From the NCBI GenBank assembly GCA_031372065.1, contig JANMKN010000108.1:1-19877 (forward strand): a stretch of DNA of 19,877 nucleotides, in the 5' to 3' direction. The stretch comes from Abditibacteriaceae bacterium (GTDB taxonomy: Bacteria; Armatimonadota; Abditibacteriia; Abditibacteriales; Abditibacteriaceae). The notes under the pieces are model-generated. The model worked only from the letters and a program-made list of their open reading frames with translations, had not been told where the DNA came from and made no database searches. Below are positions 17,198 through 19,877 of the stretch, piece by piece. Positions within the stretch are counted from its first letter, which is position 1. Each line of letters opens with the position of its first letter. The position numbers were made by a program, and so were the translations under genes.

Positions 17198-18427
17198 ATG
17201 CGGACTTTCACATCGTCACAGAAGATTTTCAACACACTGTTTTTTACTTCCCTCGCTGGCGCGACTTTGCTCGTCGGCTGCAAGGAGCCAGCGGCTCCCA
17301 ATACCGCCAATTCAAATGCAGCGCCGACATCTGGCGGCGGCGATTCGATGAAAGCAAAAGTCTACGAAGGCGCCGACATTTTGCTTGGCGAATATGGTTC
17401 GATGACTGGTAGCACGGCAACATTCGGAAAAAGCTCCCATAACGGCATCAAGATGGCGCTGGACGAAATCAATGCAGCCGGTGGCGTTCTTAAAAAGCAG
17501 GTCAAAGTAACAGCCCTTGATGACAAAGGCGTCGCCGATGAAGCCGCAACGGTAGTAAAACGCCTGATAACGCAGGAAAATGTGCTGGTGATTTTAGGAG
17601 AAGTAGCTTCTTCGCGCTCTTTGGCTGCCGCGCCGATTTGCCAAAGCGCGGGAGTGCCAATGATTTCTCCTTCTTCCACTAACCCTGCTGTCACCGAAAA
17701 AGGCGATTTCATCTTCCGCACTTGCTTTATTGACCCGTTTCAGGGCACCGTCGGCGCCAAGTTCGCCAAAGAAACCTTGAAAGCATCTAAAGCCGCCGTC
17801 CTGACTGATGTAAAAAACGATTACAGCGTGGGTCTTGCGAAATTCTTTGAAGAAGAATTCATCAAAAACGGCGGGCAAATCGTAGCAAAATCTTCCTACA
17901 GCGAAGGCGACAAGGATTTTCACACGCAACTGACTGGCATCAAAGGAAAAAGCCCGGACGTGATTTACATTCCCGGCTATTACACCGACGCCGGCAACAT
18001 CGCAATTCAGGCGCGGTCTTTGGGTATGAAACAGCCGCTGCTCGGCGGCGATGGCTGGGATTCGGAAAAGCTGACAACCATTGGCAAAGGCGCAGTGCAA
18101 GGCTCTTATTTTTCTTCGCACTATTCCCCCGAAAGTAAAGACCCTCGCGTTATGAAATTCGTGGCGGATTATAAAAAGAACTACGGCGCGACGCCTGATT
18201 CGTTAGCCGCGTGCGCCTACGACGCCGCAAAACTCATGTGCGATGCCATCGAACGCGCAGGAAGCACTGACCGCGATAAAATCCGCGACGCCATTGCCGC
18301 CACCAAAGATTTTCCCGGTGTCACAGGTAACATCACCATTGATGCAAAGCGTAACGCCATCAAACCCGCTGTGATGCTGCAAGTCAAAGGCAACGAATTC
18401 AAATACGTTGCCACAGTAAATCCCTAA
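17198..18427 (+). CDS. livK: Branched-chain amino acid ABC transporter substrate-binding lipoprotein (LivK/LivJ family)
   Basis: Lipobox LLVGC, EINAAGGV, SPSSTNPAVT, FRTCFIDPFQG, GGDGWDS, GVTGNIT. ATG 17198 is better spaced from AGGAG than GTG 17189. Confidence 0.92.
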   Translation: MRTFTSSQKIFNTLFFTSLAGATLLVGCKEPAAPNTANSNAAPTSGGGDSMKAKVYEGADILLGEYGSMTGSTATFGKSSHNGIKMALDEINAAGGVLKKQVKVTALDDKGVADEAATVVKRLITQENVLVILGEVASSRSLAAAPICQSAGVPMISPSSTNPAVTEKGDFIFRTCFIDPFQGTVGAKFAKETLKASKAAVLTDVKNDYSVGLAKFFEEEFIKNGGQIVAKSSYSEGDKDFHTQLTGIKGKSPDVIYIPGYYTDAGNIAIQARSLGMKQPLLGGDGWDSEKLTTIGKGAVQGSYFSSHYSPESKDPRVMKFVADYKKNYGATPDSLAACAYDAAKLMCDAIERAGSTDRDKIRDAIAATKDFPGVTGNITIDAKRNAIKPAVMLQVKGNEFKYVATVNP

Positions 18428-18428
18428 C

Positions 18429-18487
18429 AAAGTTAAGAGTTTTGAGTTGCAATAGAATATCCGGAACAACTCAAAACTCTTAACTTT
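18429..18487 (+). repeat. 21-bp perfect inverted repeat between livK and livH
   Basis: aaagttaagagttttgagttg (18429-18449) / caactcaaaactcttaacttt (18467-18487). Confidence 0.9.
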
Positions 18488-18493
18488 CCTCCA

Positions 18494-19423
18494 ATGGAAA
18501 TCCTCCAACAAATCGTCAACGGACTGACGCAAGGCGCGATATATGCGCTGATTGCGCTCGGCTACACGATGGTTTACGGCGTATTGCGCCTAATCAACTT
18601 TGCGCATGGTGACGTGTATATGTTGGGCGCGTATGCCGGATTTTACTCGGCGGGTTGGCTGGGTTTGACTAAACGATTAAACACCGAAAATCCGGTTTAC
18701 GATTTTACACACTGGGTATTGGTTGCTCTGGTTTTCTTCGTCGCAATGCTATCTTGCGCGGTCATCGGTTTGGCGTTGGAACGCTTTGCTTATCGCCCCT
18801 TACGCAATTCACCACGATTGGCGGCGCTCATCACGGCCATTGGCGTTTCTCTACTTTTGGAAAATGGCGGGCAGGCCCTATTTTCGCCCGACCCGCAGCC
18901 GTTTCCAGCGCTTATTCCGGCCACAAACCTAATAGATCAGCCGAATTTCAACTTGACTCTGGTGCAAGTGACAATTATCGGCGTCGCATTTTTATTAATG
19001 TTGACATTGCAGTTCATCGTGACAAAAACCAAAATGGGCCGTGCCATGCGTGCCGTATCGTTAGATCGCAACGCGGCCTCGCTGATGGGGATTAACACCG
19101 ATGTCGTGATCGCTTTTACGTTTGCGCTTGGTTCGGCCTTGGCCGCAGCCGGTGGCGTGCTAAATTCGGTTTATACGCCAACGATTGACCCCTTGATGGG
19201 CCTGTTAGTGGGCCTGAAAGCCTTCGTCGCTGCCGTTTTGGGCGGCATTGGCAGCATTCCCGGCGCCGTTTTGGGTGGATTATTGATGTCCGGCGCTGAA
19301 ACGGCGGTGGTCGCTTACGGTTATTCGCAATATCGAGATGCTATCGCGTTTGCGATTTTGATTATCGTTTTGCTGGTGCGTCCGGCAGGATTGATGGGCC
19401 GCAATGTGGCCGAAAAAGTTTAA
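18494..19423 (+). CDS. livH: Branched-chain amino acid ABC transporter permease LivH
   Basis: QQIVNGL..GAIYALIALGYTMVYGVLRLINFAHG, GRAMRAVS, GLKAFVAAVLGGIG. Confidence 0.96.
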   Translation: MEILQQIVNGLTQGAIYALIALGYTMVYGVLRLINFAHGDVYMLGAYAGFYSAGWLGLTKRLNTENPVYDFTHWVLVALVFFVAMLSCAVIGLALERFAYRPLRNSPRLAALITAIGVSLLLENGGQALFSPDPQPFPALIPATNLIDQPNFNLTLVQVTIIGVAFLLMLTLQFIVTKTKMGRAMRAVSLDRNAASLMGINTDVVIAFTFALGSALAAAGGVLNSVYTPTIDPLMGLLVGLKAFVAAVLGGIGSIPGAVLGGLLMSGAETAVVAYGYSQYRDAIAFAILIIVLLVRPAGLMGRNVAEKV

Positions 19424-19440
19424 GTCCTGAAAACAATTGC

Positions 19441-19877
19441 ATGACCGCAAATTCCACCCAAAAATCTTTGCCCTATTGGACGGCAATCATGCCTCTACGC
19501 ATAGGTGGCGCAGCGGCAACTATGGTGGCCTTGATCGGGTTACAGCAACTTTTCCAGCAACGCCTCAACGATTATGTTTTACAAATCATCATTTTAGCGG
19601 GCATCAACGTCATTCTGGCCGTTAGTTTGAATCTGATTAATGGCATAACGGGCCAATTTTCACTGGGACACGCTGGTTTTATGGCTATCGGCGCGTATGT
19701 TGGCGGCTACGTTTCAGTTTTGGGCCAAGCCCGATTAGCCCTACCCCAACCTCTGATTTTCACTATTTCGCTGCTGGCTGCCGCGATTTTCGCAGGAATT
19801 GCTGGTTATGTTGTCGGTTTGCCCAGTTTGCGATTGCGCGGCGATTATTTAGCGATTGTCACGCTCGGCTTCGGCGA
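19441..19877 (+). CDS. livM: Branched-chain amino acid ABC transporter permease LivM (partial, runs off window)
   Basis: Manual translation from ATG 19441 gives ...ILAVSLNLINGITGQFSLGHAGFMAIGAY...LRLRGDYLAIVTLGFG. It is not in the ORF track. Confidence 0.94.
   Translation, partial: MTANSTQKSLPYWTAIMPLRIGGAAATMVALIGLQQLFQQRLNDYVLQIIILAGINVILAVSLNLINGITGQFSLGHAGFMAIGAYVGGYVSVLGQARLALPQPLIFTISLLAAAIFAGIAGYVVGLPSLRLRGDYLAIVTLGFG

Overview
The window has two parts. Positions 1 to ~3827 are the right-hand end of an unannotated, virus-like integrated element. It carries four minus-strand genes with no family I can name. One is a >=629-aa ORF missing from the ORF track because it runs off the left edge. 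The second is a 279-aa protein that appears paralogous to that ORF's N-terminal ~330 aa and is followed by a strong hairpin. The other two are ~110-aa Ig/FN3-like paralogues sharing an N-terminal M[IL]KRS[RS]FFE motif, and one of them is interrupted by an amber codon. The element ends at a 28-bp 11-6-11 dif-like Xer site (3800-3827). Abutting it is a second, inverted, degenerate copy with the same central hexamer, an arrangement reminiscent of ssDNA phages that use host XerC/D on a folded attP. Positions ~3830-19877 are ordinary bacterial chromosome: an AT-rich spacer, RNase G/E, a SAM methyltransferase, a FAH-family hydrolase, an ArnT-like glycosyltransferase with a flippase-like partner, a PolX-PHP whose polymerase aspartates are lost, a degenerate REC/HD-GYP protein, tRNA-Glu(TTC), an aminotransferase/VOC/small Zn-ribbon/aldo-keto reductase cluster, greA and a livK-livH-livM branched-chain amino acid ABC operon truncated at the right edge. 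All family calls come from motif recognition by eye; no searches were run.
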